Shown here: positions 43,170 through 55,200 of the stretch, in pieces
Layout: each line of letters opens with the position of its first letter
Position numbering within the stretch: the stretch's first letter is position 1
From: Phycisphaerales bacterium
GTDB taxonomy: Bacteria > Planctomycetota > Phycisphaerae > Phycisphaerales > UBA1924
DNA: 64,000 bases
Direction of reading: 5' to 3'
Assembly (NCBI GenBank): GCA_020849615.1
Contig: JADLFW010000018.1
Location: 55,722-119,721 of the forward strand
Position numbers and translations under genes: made by a program
The notes under the pieces: model-generated
Database searches by the model: none
What the model saw: only the letters and a program-made list of their open reading frames with translations
What the model was told of the DNA's origin: nothing

Positions 43170-45236
43170 ATGCCCAGAGACATCCCTGTCGGCAACGGCG
43201 ACCTGCTGATCGCCTACGACCGCTTCTACCGCGTCCGCGACTTTTATTACCCGCACGTCGGCCAGTACAACCACACCGACGGGCAGATCCAGCGCTTCGG
43301 AGTCTGGGCCGACGGCCGCTTCGCCTGGATCGAGGACCCGGGCTGGAAGCGCGAGCTGCGCTACAAGCCCGACACCCTCGTCACCAGTGTCACCCTGACC
43401 AACGACGACCTGGGCGTCGAGATCACCTGCCATGACGCCGTGGATTTCCACGAGCCGGTCTTCTTCCGCCGGGCCGTCGTCCGCGATCTCCTGGGCAAGG
43501 AGCGCGATGTCCGCATCTTCTGCCACTGGGACCTCTCCATCCGGGGCACGCCGGTCGGCGACACCGCCAACTACGACCCCGCCACCAGCAGCCTCGTCAT
43601 CTACAAGGATGACATCTACTTCCTCTTCAACGCCTGCGATGCCTTCAAGTGCGGCGTCGACCACTGGGCCATCGGCACCAAGCGCGTCGGCGGCGCTGAG
43701 GGCACCTGGCGCGATGCCGAGGATGGGCGGCTGGGCCGCAACGCCATCTCGCAGGGCTCGGTCGATGCGACCATCGGCTACAACCTCCAGGTCCCGCCCG
43801 GCGGCGAGGCCTACGTCAGCACGTGGGTGGCGGCGGGGCGGTCGTACACGCAGGTCAAGGCGATCAACGCCCGCATCCTGGAGAAGGGCCCGGACCGGCT
43901 GCTGGCCCGCACCGAGGCGTACTGGAAGCTCTGGGCCCGCAAGGAGCCGATCGACACCTCGCCGCTGCCGCGCGGCGTGCGCGACCTGTTCTACCGCTCG
44001 CAGCTGGTGATGCGCACCCAGATCGACAACCGCGGCGCCATCATCGCCGCCAACGACTCCGACATCACCCAGTTCGGCGGCGACCACTACTCCTACTGCT
44101 GGCCCCGCGATGGCGCCATGGTGGCCTACGCCCTGGTGCTCACGGGCCAGAGCGAGCTCTCCCGCTCGTACTTCCGCTACTGCGGCGAGGTCATCGAGCA
44201 CGACGGCTTCTTCCTCCACAAGTACACCCCCGCGGGCGAGCTGGCCTCCAGCTGGCACCCGTGGATGGTCGAGGGCCAGCGCGTCCTGCCCATCCAGCAG
44301 GATGAGACCGCGCTGGTCACCTGGGCCTTGCGCAAGCACTTCATCACGTTCCGCGAGGTCGAGTTCATCAAGCCGCTCTACAACCCGCTGGTCGTCCGGC
44401 CCGCGGAGTGGATGCTGCAGTACCGCGATGCCAACGGCCTGCCCCTCCCCTCGTGGGACCTGTGGGAGGAGCGCCGCGGCGTCCACACCTTCACCGTGGC
44501 CGCCGTCATCGGGGCCCTCACCGCCGCCGCCGCCTTCGCCCGCGACTTCGGCGAGCCCGACCGCGAGGCGGCCTTCCGCGAGGGCGCCGACCGCATGCGG
44601 GCCGCGCTCAAGAAGCACCTGTGGGACCCGCAGCGCAACCGCTTCGCCCGCCTGGCCCAGCCCCAGCCCGACGGCGGCTACCGGCTCGACATGACCTCCG
44701 ATTCGGCCAACTTCGCGCTCTTCGCGTTCGGCGCCTTCGAGGCCTCGGACCCCAAGGTCGAGGCCGAGATGCACGCCCTGCGCGAGCGGCTCTGGGTCCG
44801 CACCGAGATCGGCGGGTGCGCCCGCTACGAGCGCGACTACTACCACCAGGTCGAGCGCGAGAAGATCGATGAGGTGCCCGGCAATCCCTGGGTCATCTGC
44901 ACGCTGTGGCAGGCCCAGTACCTGATCGAACGGGCCGCCACCCTGGAGCAACTCAACGAGGCGATGCCCCTGCTGGAGTGGGTCGTCCGCCACGCCGAGC
45001 CCTCGGGCGTGCTCGCCGAGCAGTACCACCCCTACACGGGCGAGCCCATCAGCGTCAGCCCGCTGACCTGGAGCCACGCGACGTTCGTCATCGCCGTGAT
45101 GGAGTACCTCCGCAAATACGAGCGGCTCACCGCCACGAGCCTGAAGCGCATCGGCGCGGCCGTCCGGGCCGCAGCGCAGCCGGGCCCGACCATGGGCGCC
45201 GGGCCGCTCCCCATCGCGACCGATCACCATACCTGA
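43170..45236 (+). CDS. Glycoside hydrolase family 15 (glucoamylase / glucodextranase / trehalase-like)
   Basis: ATG 43170 (MPRDIPVGNGDLLIAYD). NDSDITQFGGDHYSYCWPRDGAMVAYAL, LPIQQDETALVTWAL, WDLWEERRGVHTFT and PLTWSHATFV are visible. Confidence 0.85.
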   Translation: MPRDIPVGNGDLLIAYDRFYRVRDFYYPHVGQYNHTDGQIQRFGVWADGRFAWIEDPGWKRELRYKPDTLVTSVTLTNDDLGVEITCHDAVDFHEPVFFRRAVVRDLLGKERDVRIFCHWDLSIRGTPVGDTANYDPATSSLVIYKDDIYFLFNACDAFKCGVDHWAIGTKRVGGAEGTWRDAEDGRLGRNAISQGSVDATIGYNLQVPPGGEAYVSTWVAAGRSYTQVKAINARILEKGPDRLLARTEAYWKLWARKEPIDTSPLPRGVRDLFYRSQLVMRTQIDNRGAIIAANDSDITQFGGDHYSYCWPRDGAMVAYALVLTGQSELSRSYFRYCGEVIEHDGFFLHKYTPAGELASSWHPWMVEGQRVLPIQQDETALVTWALRKHFITFREVEFIKPLYNPLVVRPAEWMLQYRDANGLPLPSWDLWEERRGVHTFTVAAVIGALTAAAAFARDFGEPDREAAFREGADRMRAALKKHLWDPQRNRFARLAQPQPDGGYRLDMTSDSANFALFAFGAFEASDPKVEAEMHALRERLWVRTEIGGCARYERDYYHQVEREKIDEVPGNPWVICTLWQAQYLIERAATLEQLNEAMPLLEWVVRHAEPSGVLAEQYHPYTGEPISVSPLTWSHATFVIAVMEYLRKYERLTATSLKRIGAAVRAAAQPGPTMGAGPLPIATDHHT

Positions 45237-45248
45237 TCGCCGGGCCCG

Positions 45249-46475
45249 TCACGCCTCCCGAACCTGCCCCTTGCCTTTCACGACCTTGCCGATGCGGAAG
45301 ACCCGCTCGCCCAGGCGCTCGAGCTGCTCGTGCACCGAGTCGGCGAACGCGGGCTTCACGACCACGCAGTAGCCGATCCCCAGGTTGAAGACCCGCCTCA
45401 TCTCCTCCTCCTCGATGCGGCCCTGCTGCTGGATGAACCGGAACACCGCCGGCACCTCCCACGAGGAGCGGTCGATCACCGCATCGCAGCCCGGCGGGAT
45501 GGCCCGGACCAGGTTCTCCGCCAGCCCGCTGCCGGTGATGTGGGCCATGCCCGTCACCACGTTCTTCACCCGGTACGACCGCATCAGCCGCACGATCGAA
45601 CCGGCGTAGATCCGTGTCGGCGTCAGCAGCACCTCGCCGAGCGTCTTCTCGCGGGCCAGGCCCGGCTTGTTCGGCGGCGGCGCGGCCTCACCGCCATCCG
45701 GCCCGGGGCCCTCGATCGGCCGGGCGGAGCCGCGGGAAGCACGGGCCGTTGCGGGCTTGGCCCGGCTCCGGCGACGGGACGGGCCCGGCGTATCGGCCAG
45801 CTCCTCGTACACCCGGCCCAGCTCCAGCTTCGCCTCCTTCACCACGCGGCGCACCAGCGAGTAGCCGTTGGAGTGGATGCCCGCGCTGGCGAGGCCCAGG
45901 ATGACATCGCCGGGCTGCACCCAGTTGGGCTTGATGGCCCGCTTAAGCTCCACAACGCCCACGCAGAAGCCCGCGAGGTCGAAGTCGCCCGGGGCGTAGA
46001 CATCGGGCATGTTGGCGGTCTCACCGCCCAGCAGCGCGCAGGCGGCCTGGCGGCACCCCTCGGCGATCCCTTCGACCAGGTGAGTCAGCACGTCGCGGTC
46101 AACCTTCGGCACCGCGATGTAGTCCAGGAAGAAGAGCGGCTCGGCGCCCTGCACCACCAGGTCGTTCACGTTCATCGCGACCAGGTCGATGCCCACCGTG
46201 TTGTAGATCCCCATCTCCGCCGCGAGCTTCACCTTCGTCCCCACCCCGTCGCAGCAGGCCACCAGCACCGGGTCCCGGTAGTTCCGCGCAAACAGCCGCT
46301 CGTTGAAGTCCAGGCGGAACAGCCCCGCGAACCCGCCGGGGTTCTGGATGACGCGCGGGCCGAACGTCCGCCGCATCGTCGCCTCCAGCGAGTCCGTGAA
46401 GCGGTCCTTCTCGTTGATGTCCACACCGGCCGACGCGTACGTCAGCCCCGGCCCGCTGGTCTTGGTTCGCGCCAT
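45249..46475 (-). CDS. purM: Phosphoribosylformylglycinamidine cyclo-ligase (AIR synthetase) with an internal disordered insert
   Basis: ATG 46475 (MARTKTSGPGLTYASAGVDI). DGVGTKVKLA, NDLVVQGAEPLFFLDY, GGETANMP, GIHSNGYSLVR and HITGSGLAENL are visible. Confidence 0.9.
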   Translation of the reverse strand: MARTKTSGPGLTYASAGVDINEKDRFTDSLEATMRRTFGPRVIQNPGGFAGLFRLDFNERLFARNYRDPVLVACCDGVGTKVKLAAEMGIYNTVGIDLVAMNVNDLVVQGAEPLFFLDYIAVPKVDRDVLTHLVEGIAEGCRQAACALLGGETANMPDVYAPGDFDLAGFCVGVVELKRAIKPNWVQPGDVILGLASAGIHSNGYSLVRRVVKEAKLELGRVYEELADTPGPSRRRSRAKPATARASRGSARPIEGPGPDGGEAAPPPNKPGLAREKTLGEVLLTPTRIYAGSIVRLMRSYRVKNVVTGMAHITGSGLAENLVRAIPPGCDAVIDRSSWEVPAVFRFIQQQGRIEEEEMRRVFNLGIGYCVVVKPAFADSVHEQLERLGERVFRIGKVVKGKGQVREA

Positions 46476-46621
46476 TCGACCGGAGGATAGCGTCGTGCCT
46501 ACCTGAACGGGCCGGGGCCGGGCCCGCCCGCGCCCGGGGCCAATTACCGGGCCCGCTTTGACCCCCGGCACCGGCCCGCCCCTACACTTGCCCCTCCCCA
46601 ACCCGCATGAGGAACGACGCC

Positions 46622-47818
46622 ATGGCCCGCGCTCAGATGTTCACGTCCGAATCCGTCTCCATGGGCCACCCCGACAAGGTGGCCGACCAGATCTCCGACG
46701 CCGTCCTCGACGCCATGCTCGCCGATGACCCCTACAGCCGCGTCGCCTGCGAGACGCTTTGCTGCACGGGCCTGGTCGTGGTCGCCGGCGAGATCACCAC
46801 CAACACCTACGTCAGCATCCCGGACCTGGTCCGTGAGACCGTGCGCGACATCGGCTACATCTCCGGCGACATGCGCTTCGACGCCGATTCCGCCGGCGTC
46901 ATGGTCGCCCTCAACAAGCAAAGCAACGACATCGCCATGGGCGTCGACCGCGACGGCGCGGGCGACCAGGGCATGATGTTCGGCTTCGCCTGCAACGACA
47001 CCCCCGAGCTCATGCCCCTGCCGATCCAGCTCGCCCACCAGCTCGTCGAGCAGCAGGCCCACGTCCGGCGCGAGGGCCGCGTCCCGGGCCTGCGCCCCGA
47101 CGCCAAGAGCCAGGTCACCGTCGAGTACGAGGGCAACAAGCCCGTCCGTGTCGACACCCTCGTGCTCTCCACCCAGCACGACCCCTCCTGGAACGAGCGC
47201 CAGGACCAGCTCCGCCGCGAGATCATCGACAACGTCCTCAAGCCCGTGCTCAAGGAATGGTGGAACCCCGGCATCAAGATCCACGTCAACCCCACGGGCC
47301 GCTTCGAGATCGGCGGCCCGCACGGCGACACCGGGCTGACGGGCCGCAAGATCATCGTCGACACCTACGGCGGCATGGGCCGCCACGGCGGCGGCGCCTT
47401 CAGCGGCAAGGACCCCACCAAGGTCGATCGCTCCGCCGCCTACATGGCCCGGTACATCGCCAAGAACATCGTGGCGGCGGGCCTGGCCGAACGCTGCGAG
47501 ATCCAGCTCTCCTACGCCATCGGTGTCGCCGAGCCCACCAGCGTCTATGTCGACTGCTTCGGCACCGCCAAGGTCGATGAGGCCAAGATCGCCAAGGCCG
47601 TCCGCGACAACTTCGGCCTCAAGCCCCGCCAGATCATCGACACGCTGCAGCTTCGCAGGCCCATCTACTCCGCCACGGCCCGCCACGGCCACTTCGGCCG
47701 CAAGCCCTACGAGATGGGGTACTACGACCCGGTCAAGCGCACCCACCGCGGAGAGAAGCTCAACTTCTTCACGTGGGAGAAGACCGACAAGGCCGAGGCG
47801 CTCAAGAAGAGCGTGTGA
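46622..47818 (+). CDS. metK: S-adenosylmethionine synthetase
   Basis: [59 protein letters not shown] and [19 protein letters not shown] are visible. Start is ATG 46622 or 46607. Confidence 0.95.
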   Translation: MARAQMFTSESVSMGHPDKVADQISDAVLDAMLADDPYSRVACETLCCTGLVVVAGEITTNTYVSIPDLVRETVRDIGYISGDMRFDADSAGVMVALNKQSNDIAMGVDRDGAGDQGMMFGFACNDTPELMPLPIQLAHQLVEQQAHVRREGRVPGLRPDAKSQVTVEYEGNKPVRVDTLVLSTQHDPSWNERQDQLRREIIDNVLKPVLKEWWNPGIKIHVNPTGRFEIGGPHGDTGLTGRKIIVDTYGGMGRHGGGAFSGKDPTKVDRSAAYMARYIAKNIVAAGLAERCEIQLSYAIGVAEPTSVYVDCFGTAKVDEAKIAKAVRDNFGLKPRQIIDTLQLRRPIYSATARHGHFGRKPYEMGYYDPVKRTHRGEKLNFFTWEKTDKAEALKKSV

Positions 47819-47911
47819 GCGAATCCGCCATTCCGATCCGTGCGAGCCGGCTGATTCCGTGCCTCGATTAGCCCACTGGACGTGACGGGCCCGGGCCGAT
47901 TAACTGTGCCC

Positions 47912-49435
47912 ATGCACGCTGACGACGCCCGGGCGGATTCCCCACGCTCCCCCATCGACCGCCGCGATGCCCTCAGGCGCCTCGCGGCCGGGGCCGCCCT
48001 GCCCGCGGTGGGCGCCATGCTCGAGGGCTGCGCCATCGAGAAGCCGCACAGCATCGAGTACCCGATCCTCCGCCGCCAGGCCGCGCCGCGCCTCACCCTC
48101 CGCGGTGACCCCGGCTACGAGCAGCAGCGGGCCGCGCTCCTCTTCAACCGCCGAACGCCGGGCCGCTACCCCGATCTCATCGTGCACGCCGAGAGCGCCG
48201 CGGATGTCCAGGCCGCTGTCCGCCAGGCCCGCGCCAGCGGGATGAAGGTCTCCATCCGCTCGGGCGGCCACACCTGGTGCGGGCCCGCGCTGCGCGATGG
48301 CGGGATCCTCATCGACCTCGGTCCCATGCGAACGCACGTGATCAGCGCCGCTTCGCGTACCGCCCGCGTCGGCCCGGCCATGACGGGCGGGGAGTTCATC
48401 GCCGCCCTCGAGCCGCACGGGCTGGCGTTCCCCGTCGGCCACTGCCCGACCGTGCCGATGGGCGGGTTCCTGCTCAACGGGGGCTTCGGATGGAACGCCG
48501 GCGCGTGGGGCCCGGCGTGCCTCAGCGTGCGCGGGCTGGAGATAGTCAACGCCAGCGGCGAGCTGGTCTACGCCAGCGAGAACGACAACACCGACCTGTT
48601 CTGGGCCGCCCGCGGCGCCGGGCCCGGCTTCTTCGGCGCCGTCACCCGCTTCGATGTTGCGCTGCACCCCCTCCCGCGCGCGATCCATTCATCAACGTTC
48701 TTCTTCCGTCCGGGTGATGCGCGGGCCGTCGGCGAGTGGCTGAGTGAACTCGTTCCCAGCCTCCCACCGACCGTGGAGACCGTGGCGTACTTCCGCGCGC
48801 CGCCCTCGTCGATGTCCCGCAGCGACGGGCGGGCCGGCGAGCGCGTGCTGGCCGTCAGCGCCGCCGCGTTCGCGGATTCGCAGGCACAGGCCGATGCGTG
48901 GCTGGAGCCCTTCATCAAGGGGCCCCCGGGCGTGCGGGCCGACCGCCGGCAGGATGAGAAGGAGACGTTCCGGTCGCTCCACGATGGCATGGCCCGGCTG
49001 TACCCGCAGCCGCGCCGGTACGGCGTCGATGCCATCTGGACGGCCGCTGCGCCCGGTGAACTCCTCGAGCAGATGGCCGCCCGCGCCGAGCTGGCCCCGA
49101 CTCCCGAGTCCTTCATCCTTATCGCGCTCCTGCCTCCACCCCCGCCGGGCCCGGGCCCGGACATCGCGCTGTCGATGTTCGCGCCGGCGTTCACGGCGGT
49201 CTACGGCGTGTGGGCCGATGCGGATCTGGATGCCAAGGGCGATGCGTGGGTCCGCGGCACGGCCGAGCAGCTGCGCGAGAAGACGGTGGGGCACTACACG
49301 GGCGAGGCGGACCTGTACGCCGATCCCGCGCGGGGCCGTCGCTCGTTCGCCGAGGCCAACTGGAAACGGCTGTCGGAGTTGAAGGCCCGCCACGACCCGG
49401 AGGGGATCTTCAGCGGGTTCCCGGGCGCAAGCTGA
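47912..49435 (+). CDS. FAD-linked oxidase (PCMH-type FAD-binding domain, BBE-like C-terminus) with a Tat-like signal
   Basis: IDRRDALRRLAAGAALPAVGA is twin-arginine-like. VHAESAADVQAAVRQARASGMKVSIRSGGH is visible. C-terminus reads NWKRLSELKARHDPEGIFSG. The start is uncertain (47882 or 47912). Confidence 0.75.
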   Translation: MHADDARADSPRSPIDRRDALRRLAAGAALPAVGAMLEGCAIEKPHSIEYPILRRQAAPRLTLRGDPGYEQQRAALLFNRRTPGRYPDLIVHAESAADVQAAVRQARASGMKVSIRSGGHTWCGPALRDGGILIDLGPMRTHVISAASRTARVGPAMTGGEFIAALEPHGLAFPVGHCPTVPMGGFLLNGGFGWNAGAWGPACLSVRGLEIVNASGELVYASENDNTDLFWAARGAGPGFFGAVTRFDVALHPLPRAIHSSTFFFRPGDARAVGEWLSELVPSLPPTVETVAYFRAPPSSMSRSDGRAGERVLAVSAAAFADSQAQADAWLEPFIKGPPGVRADRRQDEKETFRSLHDGMARLYPQPRRYGVDAIWTAAAPGELLEQMAARAELAPTPESFILIALLPPPPPGPGPDIALSMFAPAFTAVYGVWADADLDAKGDAWVRGTAEQLREKTVGHYTGEADLYADPARGRRSFAEANWKRLSELKARHDPEGIFSGFPGAS

Positions 49436-49436
49436 G

Positions 49437-50258
49437 TTATGCCTTCGGGCGGAAGGGGCGCGACTCGATCTCCGTTCCGCGGATCATCACCGCCGTCGCC
49501 TGCGGGATCTCCTTCCACGCCCCCGCCAGCGTGCCGATCGGCTCCGAGACCACGATCCGCGTCTCCGGGCCCAGCTTCTCGCGCAGCTTCGGCTCCAGCA
49601 GGTAGACATCCTCCATGTCGTGCGAGTGGTGCAGCGTCGGCGCCTGCCCGTCCGAGGCGTAGCGGATCGCGTGCAGCGTGCGCCCGTCGGTGATGCCCAG
49701 CGTCATCCACAGCGATTCGGGGACGCCGTGGGCCCGGCCCGTCTTCTCGATGAACCCCGCGGTGCGCTCCATCGCGCCCACCGGGTCATCCTTCAGCCCG
49801 AAGGTGAGCGCCAGGTGGAACATCAGTTCCGAATCGGTCGTGCCCATGATGTTGCCGAAGAGCGAGGGCTCCACGGCGATCAGCAGGTCGCGGCGGAACT
49901 TCTCGATCTCGTGGATCTCGCCGTTGTGGACAAAGAGCCAGTCGCCGTGGCGGAACGGGTGGCAGTTGGTCTCCTGCACGGTGGCGCACGAGGTGGCCCG
50001 GACGTGGGCCAGGAACAGGCGAGATTCGATCTGCGCCGCCAGGTCGCGCAGGTTGAAGTCGTTCCAGGCGGGCCGGATCGAGCGGTACAGCCCGGGGTGC
50101 GCGCGGGGCCCGTACCACCCCACGCCGAAGCCATCCCCGTTGGTCGGCGTCTCGCGCGAGCGGGCGCTCATGCTCTGGTCGATCAGCGAGTGCCTGGGTG
50201 TGAACAGGACATCTTCGATCAGGATCGGCGATCCCGAGTACGCGAGCCACCGGCACAT
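49437..50258 (-). CDS. Class II (Ntn) glutamine amidotransferase
   Basis: GGAGG precedes ATG 50258. MCRWLAYSG supplies the Cys2 nucleophile. NGDGFGVGWY, AHVRATS, NCHPFRHGDWLFVHNG and GTTDSE are visible. Confidence 0.8.
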   Translation of the reverse strand: MCRWLAYSGSPILIEDVLFTPRHSLIDQSMSARSRETPTNGDGFGVGWYGPRAHPGLYRSIRPAWNDFNLRDLAAQIESRLFLAHVRATSCATVQETNCHPFRHGDWLFVHNGEIHEIEKFRRDLLIAVEPSLFGNIMGTTDSELMFHLALTFGLKDDPVGAMERTAGFIEKTGRAHGVPESLWMTLGITDGRTLHAIRYASDGQAPTLHHSHDMEDVYLLEPKLREKLGPETRIVVSEPIGTLAGAWKEIPQATAVMIRGTEIESRPFRPKA

Positions 50259-50416
50259 GCGGCACCTCCCCAAACAGGCGCTATCGGAGTTGTCACCCGC
50301 CCAGTCTACGCGTCCGGGCCGGGCCGTAAGCGGCGGGTGCGGCAGGCCCGGGCCGGCAGATCCGGTCACCCCGCGGCCCCGGCGCGCCGATAATCACCGC
50401 TCCGGATTGAACCCTC

Positions 50417-51622
<1,206 letters not shown>

Positions 51623-51904
51623 CCGGGGCGGCCCGGCATCCCCGGCCCGGCGATGGTGGGGGAGTGGAGGGCCTGTCGGTTGCGTACCTCGGCCGCGCCG
51701 CTCCGGAAGGGCCGGGGAAACCGCCCGATGTGGCGGTCCCGCCGGGAGTTGTGATGACAACTTGGGTGCGAAGGCCCCGTGCTGCAACTTTGGCAGGCGC
51801 CACGACGTAACGCAACGGTTGGCCGGGCGGGCGGTGCGGGGCGGTCCCCGATCGTGCCCGTCACCCCGGCCCGCGCCCGCGGGAGTCTCGGCGGGCCCGG
51901 AGCC

Positions 51905-51959
51905 GGGGGGTTTTCCGGGGTGCATCCGGGGGTGTGGCTGGGGGTGTATCCGGGGGTGT
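51905..51959 (+). repeat. G-run tandem repeat (12-nt period), a G-quadruplex-type motif on the coding strand
   Basis: G-runs of at least four at 51905-10, 51917-20, 51928-32, 51940-44 and 51952-56, with 6-7-nt loops. atccgggggtgt occurs twice exactly, with ggctgggggtgt between the two copies. Confidence 0.6.
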
Positions 51960-51988
51960 GCTCGGCGGTATGGCGGGGAGGCCGCGAG

Positions 51989-52017
51989 TTGAGGAAGTGC
52001 CGATGTTCAGATAGGTT
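51989..52017 (+). promoter_or_regulatory. Candidate promoter in the only AT-richer patch upstream of the giant gene
   Basis: TTGAGG (51989-94), a 17-nt spacer, then TAGGTT (52012-17). The match is weak. Confidence 0.25.
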
Positions 52018-52025
52018 AGAGCGAC

Positions 52026-52065
52026 GTTGACGCAGCCCCCGCCGGTGGGCGGGGGTGAGGTCAAC
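52026..52065 (+). other. Extended hairpin in the putative 5-prime UTR of the giant gene
   Basis: gttgac-gcag-cccccgcc-ggtg-ggcggggg-tgag-gtcaac. Stems of 8 bp and 6 bp are separated by a symmetric internal loop. Confidence 0.5.
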
Positions 52066-52120
52066 CCGGGCGAGCCCAACCGGCGCTGCGTGCAAGGATG
52101 CGGCGGCGCCAATGCCGAAG

Positions 52121-52140
52121 CCGCGATCGCGCGATCGCGG
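52121..52140. promoter_or_regulatory. Perfect 20-nt palindrome, candidate operator
   Basis: ccgcgatcgcgcgatcgcgg equals its own reverse complement. It lies 86 nt upstream of ATG 52226. Confidence 0.45.
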
Positions 52141-52225
52141 CCGGGCCGGATGAACCGTCGACGCGGCGTGCCGCGGCGGCGGGGCCGCCTCCAATCCACG
52201 ACTTGGCAGTGCGCTGGAGTCCTTC

Positions 52226-55200
52226 ATGAGCAGGTCGCGTGACGTGAATCGTTCTTCCGAGAATCCCCGCACTTCGGCGCTGGCCCGCTGGTTCGGCAGG
52301 GCCCGCGACCGCTTCACAGGGACGGGCCGGCTGGCCCGGGAGGCGGGCCGCGCGGGCGGCTTCGTCGAGCCGCTCGAGAAGCGCGAGCTGCTGTTCTCGA
52401 TGACGATCACCCCCAGCGATGTGGATGGCACGGGCATCGGCACGGTCGAGGCGACGTTCGCCTACGCGGTGCCCTACCTGGCGCCGACCGTCGATGTGGG
52501 CACGGCCGACCCCACCAGCCAGCAGGAGGACTTCCAGGACGAGAACGCCGGCAACGTGGTCAACGGCCGCCTCTTCGGCGGTTCCTTCTTCCGCGTCTTC
52601 CACAACATCACACCCGCCGGCGATGTGCAGATCATCGAAAACGTCCCCCCGGGCGACGGCGACAAGTACATGCAGGTCCGGCAGGACACGGGCGGGGAGT
52701 TCTGGAACCTGCGCTTCGCGGTCAGCGATCAGGCGCCCAACACGTTCCTCGCGGCCCGGTCGGTCAGCTTCAACATCGAGCCGCGACTGGTGGGCGGCAC
52801 GGGGCTGGTGCCCGACAACTTCCTGGTCGAGCTGGTCTTCCAGGACCAGGTCATCCGCACGTTCACGGGGGACACCCTGCGCGCGGTGAACCCCAGCCCG
52901 CGCGGCATCGGCAACTACACGTTCACCGGCACGACGGCCAACCCGGCCTTCGACTCCGTGCGCATCACGGCGCTGGTGGGCGGCAACGATGCCTACAAGG
53001 TGGACGACATCACCGCGGTCTACCCGCCCGGCAACTTCGCGGGCATCGTGGGCAGCCGAATCTTCGCCGCCACGGTGGTCTTCTCCGGGCCCGTGGGCGC
53101 CTCGGCCCAGATCCTCGACCTGTACGGCAACGAGATGGTGCAGACGATCGCGGCCGGCACGCCGCCCAGCGGCGCCCAGGTCACGCTGATCGACCCCGAC
53201 GATGACGGCCGCCCGAACTTCAACGACGGCATCGGCCGCATCGTCCTGCGCGGCACCGACTCGCGCTCGGCCATCACGGTCTGGGGCGGCACCATCTCCC
53301 CGACGACCACCCCGCCCCCCGAAGACACCGCCCCCGGCATCCGCTTCGACGGCCGCCTGTGGGATGGCGCCTTCCTGGCGACCATGAGCCAGAACCTCCA
53401 GGGCCAGTACGACGCCTTCGAATCTTCCGGCTTCGGCTACGTCTTCGACGGCATCCAGCGCCGCGCGCTGGGCCTGCCGCCGGGCCCGGGCTCGCTCGTC
53501 CTGGGCAGCCCCTTCGTCCGCAGCGCCGCCACCCCCGGCGAGTACAACCCCGGCGGCCTGCCCGTCACCCGCGATGAGTTCGGCCGGCTGATCCCGGTCA
53601 GCAACATCGTCACCGACGGCTTCACCCGGGCCGACCAGGGCGTCTTCGTCCTCGACGGCGCCTCCATGGGCTCGGTGTACATCAACGGCATCGTGCACGG
53701 CTCCTCGAACTTCAGCGGCGCCCTCGACCGCTTCGTCGCCGGCTACCTGGTCGGCTCGATCGGTGTCGCCGGCGACCTGGGCGCCCTGGTCGTCGGCTCG
53801 GATGCGGGCCAGTGGGTCATCGACCCCGGCAGCACCATCGCCGTCCCCGACGCCATCAAGACCAAGGGCCAGCTCGTCGTCGGCCGCGCCGTGGGCCAGA
53901 TCGAGATCGCGGGCCGCTCGCTGCTGGATGTCACGGTCCAGGGCGACCTCTCCACCCCGCAGACCCGCCCGCCGCGCAACGTCTTCAACTACTTCGAGCA
54001 GGAGTTCGCCTACGGCCTGCTGGTCGAGGCCGGCATCCCCGCCACGGTCCTGCAGACCCTCATCAACAACGACTTCGGCGCCAGCCTGAACAACCGCGGC
54101 TTCCGCGCCTCCGACCAGGCCCTGGCCTTCGGCGACGGCTTCCTCCGCAACGACACCATCATGTCGGCCGAGTGGGTCGGCACCACCGCCTCGGGCGTGC
54201 AGATCTCCGGCGATGTGGGCTACGGCGACCCCATCAACACCGGCGAGGACGGCGCCGATGTCTACGGCTTCGCCACCGACGGCACACAGCCCATCGTCGT
54301 GCAGTTCGACGCCGGCCAGACGGGCAACCTGCTCGTCCGCGTCATGGATGTCAACGGCCGCACCGTGATGGCCAACCAGTTCGGCCGACTGCTGCAGAAC
54401 TCGCAGTTCATCACCTTCAACCCCGATGCCCCTGGCATCTATTACCTCGTCCTCTCGATCCCGGGCGGGACCGACGGCGATCTCCGCACGGGCTTTGCCT
54501 ATTCGATGACCCTCACCGGGCTCGCGCCCGTCACCCTGGGCAGCTACCGCACCGGCGCCGCCAACGCGCGCTCCGATGTCTCCGCCGACTTCACCAACAC
54601 CATCAGCGTGCTGGCCGGCAACGTCGGCACGATCCGCGTGGGCACCGCCTACGTCAACGGCGCGGGCGCCGAGACCGACCCGTCGGTCGCTGTCAATCTC
54701 GCCGCCTCCGACACCGATGTGGACGATGTGCTGGCCTTCCGCGGCGGCACCTTCAGCATCCCCGGCAACCTGTACAACATCACCACCGGCTCGGACATCC
54801 AGGCCGGGCTGGGCCGGCCCGTCAACATCTTCGTCGGCGGCAGCCTCGGCAGCCTGATCACGGGCCAGTCGCCGGTCGTGGGCATCGGCGCCAACGAGGG
54901 CGACATCCGCTTCTTCAACCTGACGGTCGGCGGGAGCGTCGCGCTGCTGGATGTCAAGGGCGGCCTGAGCATCGAGCAGGACGGCACGGCGATCAACTGG
55001 AACCCCGCGCCCCCGGACAACATCAACATCGTCACCGGCGCCTCGGGCGGGCGCGGCGACATCGGCATGTTCCGCGTCGGCTTCCACGTCATGGGCGACG
55101 CCATGAACGTGACGACCTCGCCCGGCTCGGTGATCGGCGGCTTCCTCATCAGCCAGGATGTGGTCTCCGACCCCGGCGACTTCTTCACCGGCGTCTACGG

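Noticed and set aside
46476-46621. SAM riboswitch upstream of metK
   Set aside because: The divergent purM-metK spacer is 146 nt. It shows none of the conserved SAM-I/SAM-II cores I can recognise and no obvious multi-stem structure. A covariance-model scan would be needed to exclude it formally.
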